64,000 bases of DNA from Macrostomum lignano. Its lineage: Eukaryota. The position numbers and the translations under genes are program-made. Every line of letters starts with the position of its first letter. Position 1 is the first letter of the stretch. The notes beneath the pieces are model-generated. The model was not told the origin of the DNA and made no database searches. It was given only the letters and a program-made list of their open reading frames with translations. Location of the stretch: the NCBI GenBank assembly GCA_002269645.1, contig NIVC01003106.1:55100-119099 (forward strand). The letters are read 5' to 3'. Shown here in pieces: positions 23,852-37,000 of this stretch.

Positions 23852-25552
23852 CATAAGCACGCACATCGATTGAATACATTCAATTTGTTGGTTTCTACAA
23901 ACAGGAAAATTGAAGGAAAATCGAACCATAGAAGATTTTTTCCAATCATGCTTTGTTAAAACTAGCTACTCAGCACCCGTATATTTTTGCTTCTTAAACA
24001 CCTCTTAATATATATTAATAGCTTCGAATGGAAGCTTCATTTTCATCTATTGCTTTTAACATGAAAAGCTTAATATTCTCACTAAATACGAAGTAATTAA
24101 TATGATTAGTAAATTTGTTCACGTCGGACGCCTAGCATAGTTTGAATTTCTCTTCAATTATGCTCTTCAGTTCTGAATTTTGATGGATGCAGCCGTGATT
24201 GGAAACCTACTGACACATGTTATCACGTCTTCTTTTTTTTAAATTGAATTTTTTTTCCTTTAAGAATGATAATATTTCTTTATCTATTTTTTCACCCAAA
24301 AAGCTCTCTCTGGCTCTCGCTTACTCACTCTCTCTCTCCCCTCACTCGGAGTAATGAAATCCTAAGTCCTTCGGTTCGCTCATATTTGTGACGATTACGA
24401 TCGTACGTACACAAGTCTTTGAACGATGCTTTTAATTTTTTATTAGGCTACTCGATATTTCTTAGAAACTGCAAAAAGGAGGTACTAAAGTTTACGAACT
24501 TGGACTACAGGACCTACAGGACAGGGTCACCCCGCTGAAAATGCTGCACCCACCTACCGTTACGCTCTATCCGCCCAAGGACAGAAACCGGCTTCCGGGT
24601 TTTTATATCTCCGAGCCTGTCCTGCGGCACCAAAAGCACCATCTATGGCACCTTCTGTAACCGGGCTGATCTATTAATCGGATAGGTTTTTACCACAGAC
24701 AAAATTCACTGATTTAAAGCTAAGGGAATACACTAAGAAGATGGCAGCTCATTAGCCTCTAACTTTTGTTGCTTCATGTCCCTAGTATTGAGTAGTCCTG
24801 ACTGTGCATGTGCATTCCTGTACAAAAAATCAACAAACCAAGTCGAATATTCAAAAGCAATGGCTGGATGTTGCTCAAAGTCGCTTCCGATCGAGTTCAT
24901 GAAGCTGATAACAAAGGAACTGACACTTGCACTCGATCACTGTGAATGCTTTTAGTGTTGCTTGTGGAAAAGTAATATTTAGCCAGCTAGCTCTATTAAA
25001 AGTGAAAACATCTGTTGAAGTTGCAACAACAGGGGACGCCTCTCTTTAGCCTTCATGTAGCAAATATTAGATGTGAATGAGCTGATTGTGTTTACGACAA
25101 ATTTAGAACAATCACTTCGGCTAATCTATTAAATCTTTATTGATTTTTTAAAGTAATTTGTGGGTTTAATGGTACTTGGTCTTCCTAAGCAGCATTTGCA
25201 TCGAATAGGCATCGAAAATTATGTTCCTTCCTTTACTATTTAAATACCGACTGCATTACTACACAAGTATTATATATAGTATTGAAGTCATGCATAGCTA
25301 CCAGAAGTTTTGGTCGGTATATACGACTATATACGACAAATTATACTGTCATTGACCTCTGTCAGCTCACCTACATGTGCATCTGAAGGGTTTCTGCGTT
25401 ATAATATTTTAAATAGCATGCATGTACATGTACCTGTGCAAAAGTAATAAAAAGTAACAGCTTGAACTTAAAAATCTATTCTCACTAACGAACAAACGAA
25501 GTTTACTGACCAAAACTTCTACATATGCAATTGCAGCTACAAAGACATCAAT

Positions 25553-26014
25553 CTACATAATCCGACACCCAGTCTGCCTTCGCGGCTCAGCACTTCGATT
25601 TGAGCCATGCACTGCAGTCTGATTATGAGTAGCGCAACTTTGAGCACTTCCCAACCGGCTACTCGTACTCGTATCTCCGTCACTGGGACAGCAGCCGCAA
25701 CAGAAACTGCATCGGTTCTGCAATTTTCCGGTGCCGAAACCCGATGAAGTACCACCGGCGTCATTTGCTGCCAGCTCGGGCTGACGATCTCCCTGCTCGA
25801 CAGCAGGCCTTCGTCCACATCGATCGTCGCTGCAGCAGCCGGTGTGACAGCAGCCGTAGCCGTTGGCGATGCCGTTGCTGCAATCTCTGGTCTGACGGAG
25901 CACCTTCAACAGGCTGAGATACTTTTTGCAGCGCTTGCAAACGACTGGTGGCTGATTGGTTGAAGCAGCAGTGCCGCAAGGTCCAGTGGTCGATGTTGGT
26001 TCCTGACTGCTTGT

Positions 26015-26056
<42 letters not shown>

Positions 26057-26176
26057 CTCTTCTGGAAGCTCAGAAGGCTGCAACGGTGAATGACTGGAGC
26101 AGTTAGCGCCGATGTCCAAACTGCGAAAATGGTGATAGCAGGGCCAGCGAAGATTTGCCGCCTTATAGCAGGCCAT
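25553..26176 (-). CDS. Orphan 207-aa protein with polyQ and Cys clusters
   Basis: ATG-initiated GC-rich ORF within AT-rich flanks; acceptor-like TTTCCAACGCAG upstream; no known domain recognised. Confidence 0.5.
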
Positions 26177-26504
26177 GCTTTACTCGAGCAATTAAGTTCT
26201 TTTTAACGAGCACTGCGTTGGAAAGTCGAAATCTGCCTTTATACGAGCTGATTTAATTGCTTATTTGTTATTTAGGCATCGCGCTTTCTTTGGAATTAGT
26301 TTACCATAGAATGTTGGCTCCTGTAGATTTTGATGAAAATTTGTATAAACTTTAATCTGTAGTCAGCCACCTTTTAATCGGACACACAATTTTGGATCCT
26401 TTGAACCGCCGAAGGACAGTTATGCTTTCTAATAATTAAAAATTATTGTCACAACGCCAGACTGTTGTTGGGGGGGGACAAAGCCATGAATTGTAATGTA
26501 CGTA

Positions 26505-26620
26505 TGACAGGCGCGCACTCGGCGTTTCGTCGACTGCCTGCTGGCTGACGCCGGCGCCCCGGACTCTGCCAGCGGAGCGGCCTACGTTCGCACTCTGGCC
26601 ATGAGACGCGCCCTGTGACA
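26505..26620 (+). mobile_element. 5'-truncated 3' fragment of the same non-LTR family as 12780-13655
   Basis: RTRRFVDCLLADAGAPDSASGAAYVRTLAMRRAL* matches RHFVDCLLVDANAPDTAGGAAYGRSKALKRAP*. Confidence 0.7.
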
Positions 26621-27352
26621 CTAGAGACTATCCAGTGTACTTTGTTGTTGTTCTTGTTATATGTACGTGTACATGACGAAATTCCTACATGTACATTATC
26701 TTTAGAATCGGTCCCTCCCCGTGGCGACGCCCCTGATAAAGAAGTTATTGTAGAATAAACAAACAGAAACAACGATAGCTTTAACTGAGTTTAACCCTTG
26801 GCGAAGATGTTTCTACAACTATACAAACAAATGAGAACGAGAAGTTCAACGCATGTAATTCAAATCAATTAGTTCCACATTGATGCATTACCATAGACTA
26901 TAAAATAAAAACAAGTCACTCAACTTGCAGTTCAACTCTCTCAGCAATTGTCACTTTTAATACAAAAATTGAAAAGCGGTCCATTCGTTGGATTGTATTC
27001 TACAATTTTATTACTTGATTCCTATTGAACTTTGTTGATTCGAGATTTAAATCAAAAGTTCACGAAAAAAATTGTTATCAAAAAGGAGTTCCAGCATTCG
27101 AACTCGATCGTCGCAATTCTATAGCAGATGCCATATATATATGTAAGTAATAACCGTTTATGAACTGTAGTTCGCTAAAGTATAGCTTATTACATTTTAG
27201 CCTTGGAATCTATTGATCGTGTACTGAATTTATGGAAAAAAACGTAATTTCTGTTTTTCATATCAGCATTAGACTCTCATGCCACGACCCCCCGGTGAAC
27301 CCACAGGCCTAGCGGCTAAAACGCATCAACTGGTCAGACAAAGAAAACCGGA

Positions 27353-27742
27353 ATGGCGAGCGAAGTGACCATCAGTTTAATAGTGGTAGGCCTGCTAGTA
27401 ACAATGCTCCTAGTGTCTATCGCAGTGGTCCTGGCTTACTACTGGAAACAGAGCAGGCGAATGACTCAGCCAAAGAGAGATTCGCGCCCTCCAGGCTACC
27501 GCACAACCGTCAACTCTGACAAGTTGAAAAAGTACGCCGCCGCAAAAGTTCGCGGCGTCGACGAGATGAAAGAGCCGGTGAACTGGTCCAACAGGTACAC
27601 CGCTAGGTCGTCATCGTCAGGGCGCAAGTCCACGCAGATCAATAACCTGCAGCCGCAAATTCAGACGCGTTGTCGAAGTCTGTCGCCACCTATTGCAACA
27701 ATTCAGGAGAGCTACGGCCGTAGACGCCAGCTCTCGACTTAG
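27353..27742 (+). CDS. Orphan single-pass membrane protein (129 aa, N-terminal TM helix, basic cytoplasmic tail)
   Basis: ATG ORF with a ~24-aa hydrophobic stretch followed by WKQSRR; a strong acceptor ends at 27266. Confidence 0.6.
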   Translation: MASEVTISLIVVGLLVTMLLVSIAVVLAYYWKQSRRMTQPKRDSRPPGYRTTVNSDKLKKYAAAKVRGVDEMKEPVNWSNRYTARSSSSGRKSTQINNLQPQIQTRCRSLSPPIATIQESYGRRRQLST

Positions 27743-30700
27743 GGAGATCCCTTGCAACTGCAGTAGCAGTGTTATACGAGTATATTATCTAATTAATGTG
27801 CGTGCATGTATTGAACAAACACATTGTAACCAGTATTGTAACGCTCAGTATCTTATTTGAAATTTAAACTGGTGCCAGGAAACTACAATCAGTTCTCTAT
27901 ACCCCGATCAAATGAATAGTTTTAATCAGAGGCATGATCTGCAATTAACTGTGAACGCAGTGCTTAAGATTAAATTTCAAATAAATACTGTACAATCGTT
28001 AAAACATGCATATAGCACGTACTGTATTGAATCTTTTTGAAAGCTTTTGTCGCAGAATTCTTTTTATATCAGCTGCTTCCATTGCGAAATGAGATTGACA
28101 ATTAGCTCGAGGAAAATGAAGAAAAAATTCATTTGCCAAAGCAAGAGAATGTTTTTAAGGAGGCGTTGCATCGATCAATCAAAACAGATTTCAATTTACG
28201 AGAATATGACAAATAAAGTGCTAAAGTTAAATAACAACAAACATCCGAGTATATTAATACAACTGTGGCTGTTTGGTAAATTTTACACTTTAGGTGCCAA
28301 ATTTTGCTCTAGGAATATTTCGATTAAGCAATTCATTTTGATTGGTTCTACCGTAATCCCACTTTCACTTGCAAAATTCTTATAAGTGCATCCCTTTACA
28401 GTTCTAAATTAGTTTATTGTCTTGAATATTCATGCCTAACAGAAATGCCTGCCCATTGCTAGAAAGCTAAACGTGTCCACAAGCCCCAACTCATTCATTG
28501 GATGCACAACCATCGAATAATTAATAAAAAAGACTACTTAACTTTATAAACTGCTACTACTTAAAGTAATTGATCGACGTTCTTGCAAAAATATCACAAA
28601 GAACGAGGCATCCTGTATCCGGATATTATTGCGCTGATTTTTGGCTTTGATAACTCATAAATTTGGCCCATAACGTGCTCATAAATTCATGATTACTAAT
28701 GTATTACTCGATATTAGGTTGTATTGCCGTACGAATCTTAGAGCCGAGACATTCACCCTTGCAATTGTCTTTTTTTATCTTCAACGCGAATTGAAGACGA
28801 TTTAGAAAATGGGATCATGGGGTTTTTTCGTAAAAAATTGGCCAATTTTACATATCGGTCTTTGAACGACTTGTAATTAATTGTAACTCGTTGACAGGCT
28901 GCTGTTGCAGCTGGGTGGCTATTTTTAAAAATTACATATTAGATATCTAATTTACTTTCATTTACTACAACCAACTATTGATACACTAAAATGAAACTAG
29001 AGGTACACAAAACACAAGTGCAAAATCTGGAATAGTTTGTTACATTCCAAGAGCGGTCTAGCTTCGTTACTAAAGAATTTTTTAATAAAATTTAATCAAA
29101 GCTAAAAGAAAAAAATCATTTTTACCAAATAAAAAATCGTATAATTTTTTTATGAAACAAAATAAAAGTACTTCGCTGTTTTGAAATTAAATGAAAAAAA
29201 CTTCAACCAAAGAGTTACTTCAGGATAAGTCAACCACTTGATTTTTAAGCGATTTTTTATATTCAGTAAATTTTTATACATTTATTCTTCATTGCAACCG
29301 CATTTTCAGGGAAAATTAATTTTGTTGATGCAATTTTGCCATTTTGGCTTAATTGTACTACTGCACAAGTAGTAGCGTGGGGTAAAGAAGAAAAAAAGAC
29401 AGTTGATGACAAAAATGACAGAATATGATATACCGATGAGGAACACTGATGAAGTTTGTCAAGCACACAACAGTTAGCAATCAGTATGCCTATTACAAAG
29501 TAAAAATTCTTAAAATTCGAAAATATAATTATATACTGCACCGAGAAATTGCCGAGACAAACTATAAATGAACTAATAAGAACTTCTATTATATCATTTT
29601 GCAGTCAACCTGGCAAAATTAAACAAACTGAAACATTTCCGGTTTTTAATGGCACTGAATAAAAACTCTTATTTTGGACTTAAAACATGGATTTTGAAAA
29701 TCCAAAATTGTAATATGCTTATTGTGCTTATTTGAGAAAAGACTGCAAAACAATACAATTTGAAGTGACTACAAATCCAGTAAACCTAAAAAACAGGTAA
29801 AGTCTAAAATCTTTTAAGACCTTAACAGCGACTATAAGGCCTATCTAAATATGCTGTTGAAATAGAAACACGAAATATTATAATTAAATCATAATCGGTT
29901 TTTTGGGGATTACAAACAATCGCCAACAAGGAAATACTACAGCAATGAAGCCAAGGTAAAAACAAGAAAGACGATTTATTTTGCTTGTTTGGTACGAGAC
30001 GAAGAGTGAACGGCGGCAGACGCTCTTATTGTGATATAAAATAATGAAACATGAAACTTTATGTACGCAAAATCGATCCCTGCGGGCTTTTGGCTTTGAA
30101 AACTTGTAATAAGTTGCATAAAAACTATAAAAAAAAAGATTTTACTTAACAGGTAACTAATCCGTGGTTTTAAAAAACTCTTAAAATTGAATTAGATTAA
30201 ATTCAGTTAAATTCGATGAGGAAAAGGCGGCACTGAAACTTTTGGATTAACCAACTTCAAATGACCCAAAAGTACGTTAATAACCGATTGACCTTATTTG
30301 ACATTTGACACCTGGCAATTGACTGACTCGCGGAACAGGATAAAATAGAAACGCTGCTAAATTTATTGGATATTTAAAAATATACATACACACCTCTCTA
30401 TTTTAGAAAAATTTAAACGCTACGGTTTTAATTATCAAAACTCAATATTAGCACTTAAAAATGACAGAAAAAATCGAACTTATTATGAAACAAATTATAA
30501 ACTCGTCGAATAAACAAACATGATTATATTATATTTTCGCAAACTGGCCACAAAAAATCCAGACGTTGAACAAAAAATAAGTTTATTAATTTAATTACAA
30601 AAAACGCCCTACGATTGATGGGCAACGGATTAGCAAGTGATGATAAATGGCACGATTAGAAAATAAAAGAAAAAAATAATAATACCACACAAATATTTTG

Positions 30701-31059
30701 TACAGATGCGCGAAAAAAGCTTTCAATACTCGAATTTTAATTATCGGGAACAGGAAGAATTACAAATGATGGCGGATGAAGGCGGTTAAACGGGGTTTCC
30801 TAGGCTCTACGTCTACTACTAGTAATATGTAGCAATAGTAGTAGGTACTAACTTGAAGCGCATATGAAAATGCACCTAAACAAAGCTGATGCCGCGGCTT
30901 GGGTTTGTTGGCGACAGAAACAGTTCAGGTAAAACATTATATATGCATGCATGTGGGTTTCTATGCCTCAATTAGACATATTAATTTATGAATTGGACAT
31001 ACTACTTCCGTTCTTTTAAAAATAACTTCTTAACTCGATCGTTCGATACTACTAATCTC

Positions 31060-34000
31060 TCACTGGCCAGTAGTGTGGTCATTTAGAGCTCGGAGACTGT
31101 AGAGCAGACAGGCTTGAACTCGGGCGTCCATGATTACCAGATTCACGTGGACCTGCGGTTGGTTAAGGTTTAGATTAAAATGGTGGATTAAGATTTTTAT
31201 TGCAGCTATTCTCCCTACCCTCCCTCTCTCCTCTATCACCTTTTCCGAGTGCTTGAAGCCTGGCATCGCGCTGCGATAGTGCCCCATAGTAACCTGCTCC
31301 GGAGCGCAAGCCACTAACTTGCAATATTTCTTCAACTCAATGCTCAACATTCGATTAATGAGGTGATAATCATAGTCGTCGTGTCGAATGCCGAATATGC
31401 TGTGCACGTAGTACCAGACGGCGCGACGGAACGGCGCCGTTTCAACGTTGGTATTCATGCCCATCGTGAGGTAGGTTAAATTAAACGACGTTTCAAAACG
31501 TTCGTTGAGTTCGTAACCTATGCTGGGCAGATAGCGATCAACGAGACAGCAGCCGTCCTCTTCCCAGGAGTAGTCCTGGAATTGATGCGTGAGTGTACAT
31601 TAGAGATATGCTTCATATCAGCAAGCGTACATTGGGGGTAGGCTTCATATCAGCTAGTGTACATTGGGGGTAGGCTTTATTTCAGCTAGTGATGTACACA
31701 TTGGGGGTAGGCTTCATATCAGCTAGTGCACATTGGGGGTAGGCTTTATATCAGCTAGTGTACATTGGGGGTAGGCTTTATTTCAGCTAGTGATGTACAC
31801 ATTGGGGGTAGGCTTCATATCAGCTAGTGTACATTGGGGGTAGGCTTCATATCAGCTAGTGTACATTGGGGGTAGGCTTTATATCAGCTAGTGATGTACA
31901 CATTGGGGGTAGACTTATTCATATCAGCTAGTGTACATTGGGGGTAGGTTTTATATCAGCTAGTGTACATTGGAGGTAGGTTTTATATCAGCTAGTGTAC
32001 ATTGGGGGTAGGTTTTATATCAGCTAGTGTACATTGGGGGTAGGTTTTATATCAGCTAGTGTACATTGGGGGTAGGCTTCATATTAGCTAGTGCACAACG
32101 GGGAATAGGATTACTTGCATCTTAAATACCATTTACCCTCAGTCATTATTTTAAGAAAAAGTTTCTAATTAACAAACCTGAATTCGAAAACTTCTCAATT
32201 GCTTGTTGTCAGCTTTGGCCAGAAGAAAATCTTTATATGCGTATCCGGGCTCCTGACAGAAGTTTGCCAACTCAGTGGCTATCAACTCCTGACTGTTGAG
32301 CTGCTGTTGCTGCTGCTGTCGGAGCAGCATTTGCTGCTGCTGCTGCTGTTGCTGCTCACGAGAGACGCTCCGGTGAAAGCAGGGCAGCCCGGCGGTCTCA
32401 GCTTCGATGCACTCGAATCGGCGAATCAATTGCTCCTCTGGCAGGGCTTCGCCACCTTCAGTCTCGTCGTCAATGTCTTTGATGGCGTTCATGAGATCCA
32501 GGACCCGCTGGTTCGGGTCGATCTGGTTTGGGAGGCCCGCGGTGACAGATGGCAGGGTGTAAATAAAGGATTCAAATAATTGATTACACCTGCCCCAACT
32601 GGGAGAGATGTGCAACCGACAGCTCAGCTGCAGCTTTTGCGCGGCGCATCTGAAGGCTGCGTACGGCTGTTCAGTCCATGGACTGGGGGTCGCCACACAC
32701 AGCCTCAATTACCCCAGCTAATGCTGGCACCCATTTTACAGCTGGGTGAACCGAAGTAATGCAGAGCTAAGTGTCTTGCTCAAGGACACTAATTGTTCCG
32801 TTCTGAGTTGGATCGGGAATCGAACCCCCGACCATCAAGTCGTGAGTCTGACACTCGAATCACTAGGCTACAACCCCCTAGTATACTTCGGTAATAACTA
32901 AAATTCCCTATTAGATATCGTATGGTAGACTGTCTATCATAAAAGTCTATTCTCCTGTGAGATCTCACAGCAATAACCGAACAAAACCTGAATGACATAT
33001 AGTCTCTCACCCCAGGACTGGAAGGTGTGGGACTGGTAGACGAAGGCAGATGGCCCGTAGTCAGGTTACCACTGGTGCTGTTGCAACTGCTTTGCAGGAA
33101 ATTCTGCTGTTGCTGCTGCTGCTGCTGCTGATACAGAGACTCGCCACTTTGACTTCGATAAGTGTGACCTAAAGGCGAGTCAATCTCGGGCCGGACACCT
33201 GTCCCGGCCACAAAGCCGGCCAGCGCGGTAAAATGAGCCAGAATGCACATGCAGTGGACCAGCTCCGACTGAGACAGCGAGTCAGCGCCAGTTAGCAGCG
33301 GGCGCAAAATATCCGAGGTGATTTCCCAGGGTCGGTGGGCCACCAGGCGGCATAGCTGGCCGAGTTTCTGCATCTTGGATGAGGCGTGCTCGAGGCCGCG
33401 CAGCCAGGACTCGTCTCCGTTTAGGTGGATGAACTCGGCGGCGTGAAGGTGGGCAAGGTAGGCGCAGCGATGGCGACTGGCGGCCTGGGTGTGCATAGGG
33501 TGGGTGCTGGGTGAGAGGGGAATCGGGTGAGTGTACATTGGGGTGGGTGCTGGGTGAGAGGGGAATCGGGTGAGTGTACATTGGGGAGGGTGCTGGGTGA
33601 GAGGGGAATCGGGTGAGTGTACATTGGGGTGGGTGCTGGGTGAAAGGGGAATCGGGTGAGTGTACATTGGGGTGGGTGCTGGGTGAGAAAGGAATCGGGT
33701 GAGTGTACATTGGGGTGGGTGCTGGTGAGAGGGAATCGGGTGAGTGTACAATGGGGTGGGTGCTGGTGAGAGGGGAATCGGGTGAGTGTACATTGAAATT
33801 GACTAAATACAGACTATAGAATAGCAGAAAGAGAGAGAGAGAGAGCTCATAGCTATAGATTGCGATTTGCAGCAATTTACAATCGCAAACAAACCCGAAA
33901 ATTAAACCACAGTGAAGTAGCTATGTCCAAATGTAAATAAATAATATCTAAGAACTTAAAAAGCAATGTCGTGTACTGTTGCGTGTAAACACAGGCACAC

Positions 34001-37000
34001 ATTTATGATGCAGCTGCCATCAAGTTTGCTCCACAAAGTCGCATATTTTACAGGGCTAAAGGCCAAGCAAAAGACAAAAGCGAGGCAGGCAGAAGCTGTA
34101 TGAGCAGAACTAACGCAAAGACGCACACACTTTGATGTAAAAAGCCAGCCACTTTGCTGCACAGTAAGCAGTGAGTAAGGCCCCGCTTTTCAACAGAAAG
34201 AGTAAGAGCTCGCACACTGTCTGAGATAGATAATGGCCTCTAACACCCCAATTCAGTTTTTGCAAATTCTCGCATATCCAGGGCAGTGGCCTCAGTGCCG
34301 AGGTTAAAAAAGGTTTTTATTTCATTTGAGAGATGAATATTTTAGCTCGATAGAGAGATACACACAAGAAGTTGTGCAGACAGAAAGAAGGTTCCAGGGG
34401 TTTTAAAAGACCATTTCGAAATATATAATATACATATACTGGTCTGCTTACTGAGTTTACATACTGAGGGCACGAAGTTTTGCAGTGGAGTGACATTAAA
34501 ATCTAATGAGTGACATTTCAAATCTAATGAGTGACATTTCAAATCTAATGAGTGACATTTCAAATCTAAGGAGTGACATTTCAAATCTAATGAGTGACAT
34601 TTCTAATCTAATGAGTGACATTTCAAATCTAATGAGTGACATTTAAAATCTAATGAGTGACATTTCAAATCTAATGAGTGACATTTCTAATCTAAGGAGT
34701 GACATTTCTAATCTACGGAGTGACATTTCTAATATAAGGAGTGACACTTCTAATCTAAGGAGTGAGATTTCAAATCTAATGAGTGACATTTCTAATCTAA
34801 TGAGTGAAATTTCAAATCTAAGGAGTGACATTTCTAATCTACGGAGTGACATTTCTAATATAAGGAGTGACACTTCTAATTCAAGGAGTGAGATTTCAAA
34901 TCTAATGAGTGACATTTCTAATCTAATGAGTGAAATTTCAAATCTAAGGAGTGACATTTCTAATCTACGGAGTGACATTTCTAATATAAGGAGTGACACT
35001 TCTAATCTAAGGAGTGAGATTTCAAATCTAATGAGTGACATTTCTAATATAACGAGTAAAATTTCTAATCTAATGAGTGACATTTCTAATCTAAGGAGTG
35101 ACATTTTAAATCTAACGAGTGACATTTCAAATCTAAGGAGTGACATTTCTAATCTACGGAGTGACATTTCTAATATAAGGAGTGACATTTCTAATCTAAG
35201 GAGCGACATTTCAAATCTAAGGAGTGACATTTCTAATCTAAGGAGTGACATTTCTAATCTAAGGAGTGACATTTCTAATCTAAGGAGTGACATTTCAAAT
35301 CTAAGGAGTGACATTTCTAATCTACGGAGTAACATTCATAATCTAAGGAGCGACAATATTCCACATAGTTCACTCACCATCAAAGCCAGGTAGTGCCGTT
35401 CGGCGTATCCAACAGGCCCGGCACTACGCAGCAGGCAGTTGTGAAAGCGCAGGAAGATGTCCAGGTACTCAGGATGGTAGGCCATCACGTGGAACATATT
35501 GCAACTTCGATGCCATTCGTGAAACTGATCCAACAGCAGGTCTTGGCTTCTCTCGATTAGTTCGGCATCTAAATCGTGACTGCTGCTCCCGGTTTCAGCT
35601 AATTCGTCATCTTCGTAATCGAAGTGGTTGGAGAAAGTGGCTCGTGACGCGCTAGCGGAGGCTTCACCATTCGATAAAGTCTCGTCTAGCGGGATCAGCT
35701 CGCGTTGTGGGATAAATTCTGAGGCGGCAAAATCTGCGGCATAGCGAGGCCTGGGCAGTCGCATGTGCAGATTAGTCTGAAACGTCGGTGGTTGAGCGCT
35801 ATTATTTTGATCCTCACTATCGTTGCTTTCGCAGAAAAGCAGCTGCAACAATATTGAACTATTTCTGTGCTGCTGCTGTTTGGATTGTTCTAAGCGCAAT
35901 TGTAGCTGTTTCTGCTGCTCTTGAGCTTGTCGACGACTGCGAAGCTGCCTGCATCGATCGCCAAGCTGACGAAAGCTTTCGGCGGCAGACCAACAACCGT
36001 TTTCGGTTGAAGCTTCGTTTAATTTGTTTGTAGTTGGCAGTCTTTTAACTGGCATGACGGCCTGGGTAGGCAAGGCCTCAGGCAAGGCTCTCAAAAAGAC
36101 AGATTCAGTCTTCTTGTCCTCTCTTTCACGCTGCTGCACTAGCTAAATAGGCTTGATTGTTTTGCACTAACCCGCCACTCAAAGTGACACACCCCCACTG
36201 TACGTTGCAGTGACAATGTGCATGGCCAATGGGGTGTCATGCTTCTTTTTCTATAATATCTCTGTGTATCTCTTTAGGTGACCTTTGTTTCACCCTATCA
36301 TTTCATTTCAGTACTATCAGAAAGTATACACTGAGCAACGAAGCTTTTAGTTTCAACTCGTATGACTTGCTTGCTGCTTAGCGTTAGAACTACTCATTTT
36401 TTGTTAGTTTTCTGCAATAGCTGTAAATAATTTTGCCATTGGAATTACAGTTATAGGCTAGTTAGGTAATTTCATTTTAGTTGAATTTTCTGACACTCGT
36501 TGGAAAAAACTTTTTGTTGGATTTGAAAGTTTTTAAAGATTTTGTTAGATTTAAAGAGTCCATGAGATTTAGAAGGATTTGAGACTCACTTTCATGGTAG
36601 GCCTATTAGTGGCATAGTGCAATCATTTTAAACATAATTTTTATTAAAAGCTCATTCATTTAATTAAGATGGAATTTTTTCGAAGGAAGACATCTTTCGC
36701 TTTAAACTGACACAAAACTTAAACTTGATCCTATATTTTTGCTCTGGGAAAAAGTGCCAAAAGTTCTCACTTTATTTGAGAAGTTTGTTAAAGGGAGTCC
36801 GGGGCATGCGACTGCCGAACATTTGATTTTGAGCTATATTTATACAAACTTTTATGGCTTCTGCCTCGAAACACACACTTTTATTAGTTCATTTCTATAA
36901 ACTTCAGTTTCACGAGCGTTGTTTGAATGCTCTGCTGGGCTGCTAAAATCTATGCAAGCTCCGCTCTTAGTCAAGGAGTAGCTGCTTAATTTTTTTTTGC

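Noticed and set aside
32790-32878. Possible tRNA genes (also 37066 and 62367)
   Set aside because: They are SINE heads continuing into shared core and tail sequence; no intact cloverleaf is evident.
34643-35393. Heptad coiled-coil-like ORFs on both strands (SDISNLR / LEMSLLR)
   Set aside because: Automatic result of a stop-free 21-bp intronic minisatellite; no unique flanking coding sequence.
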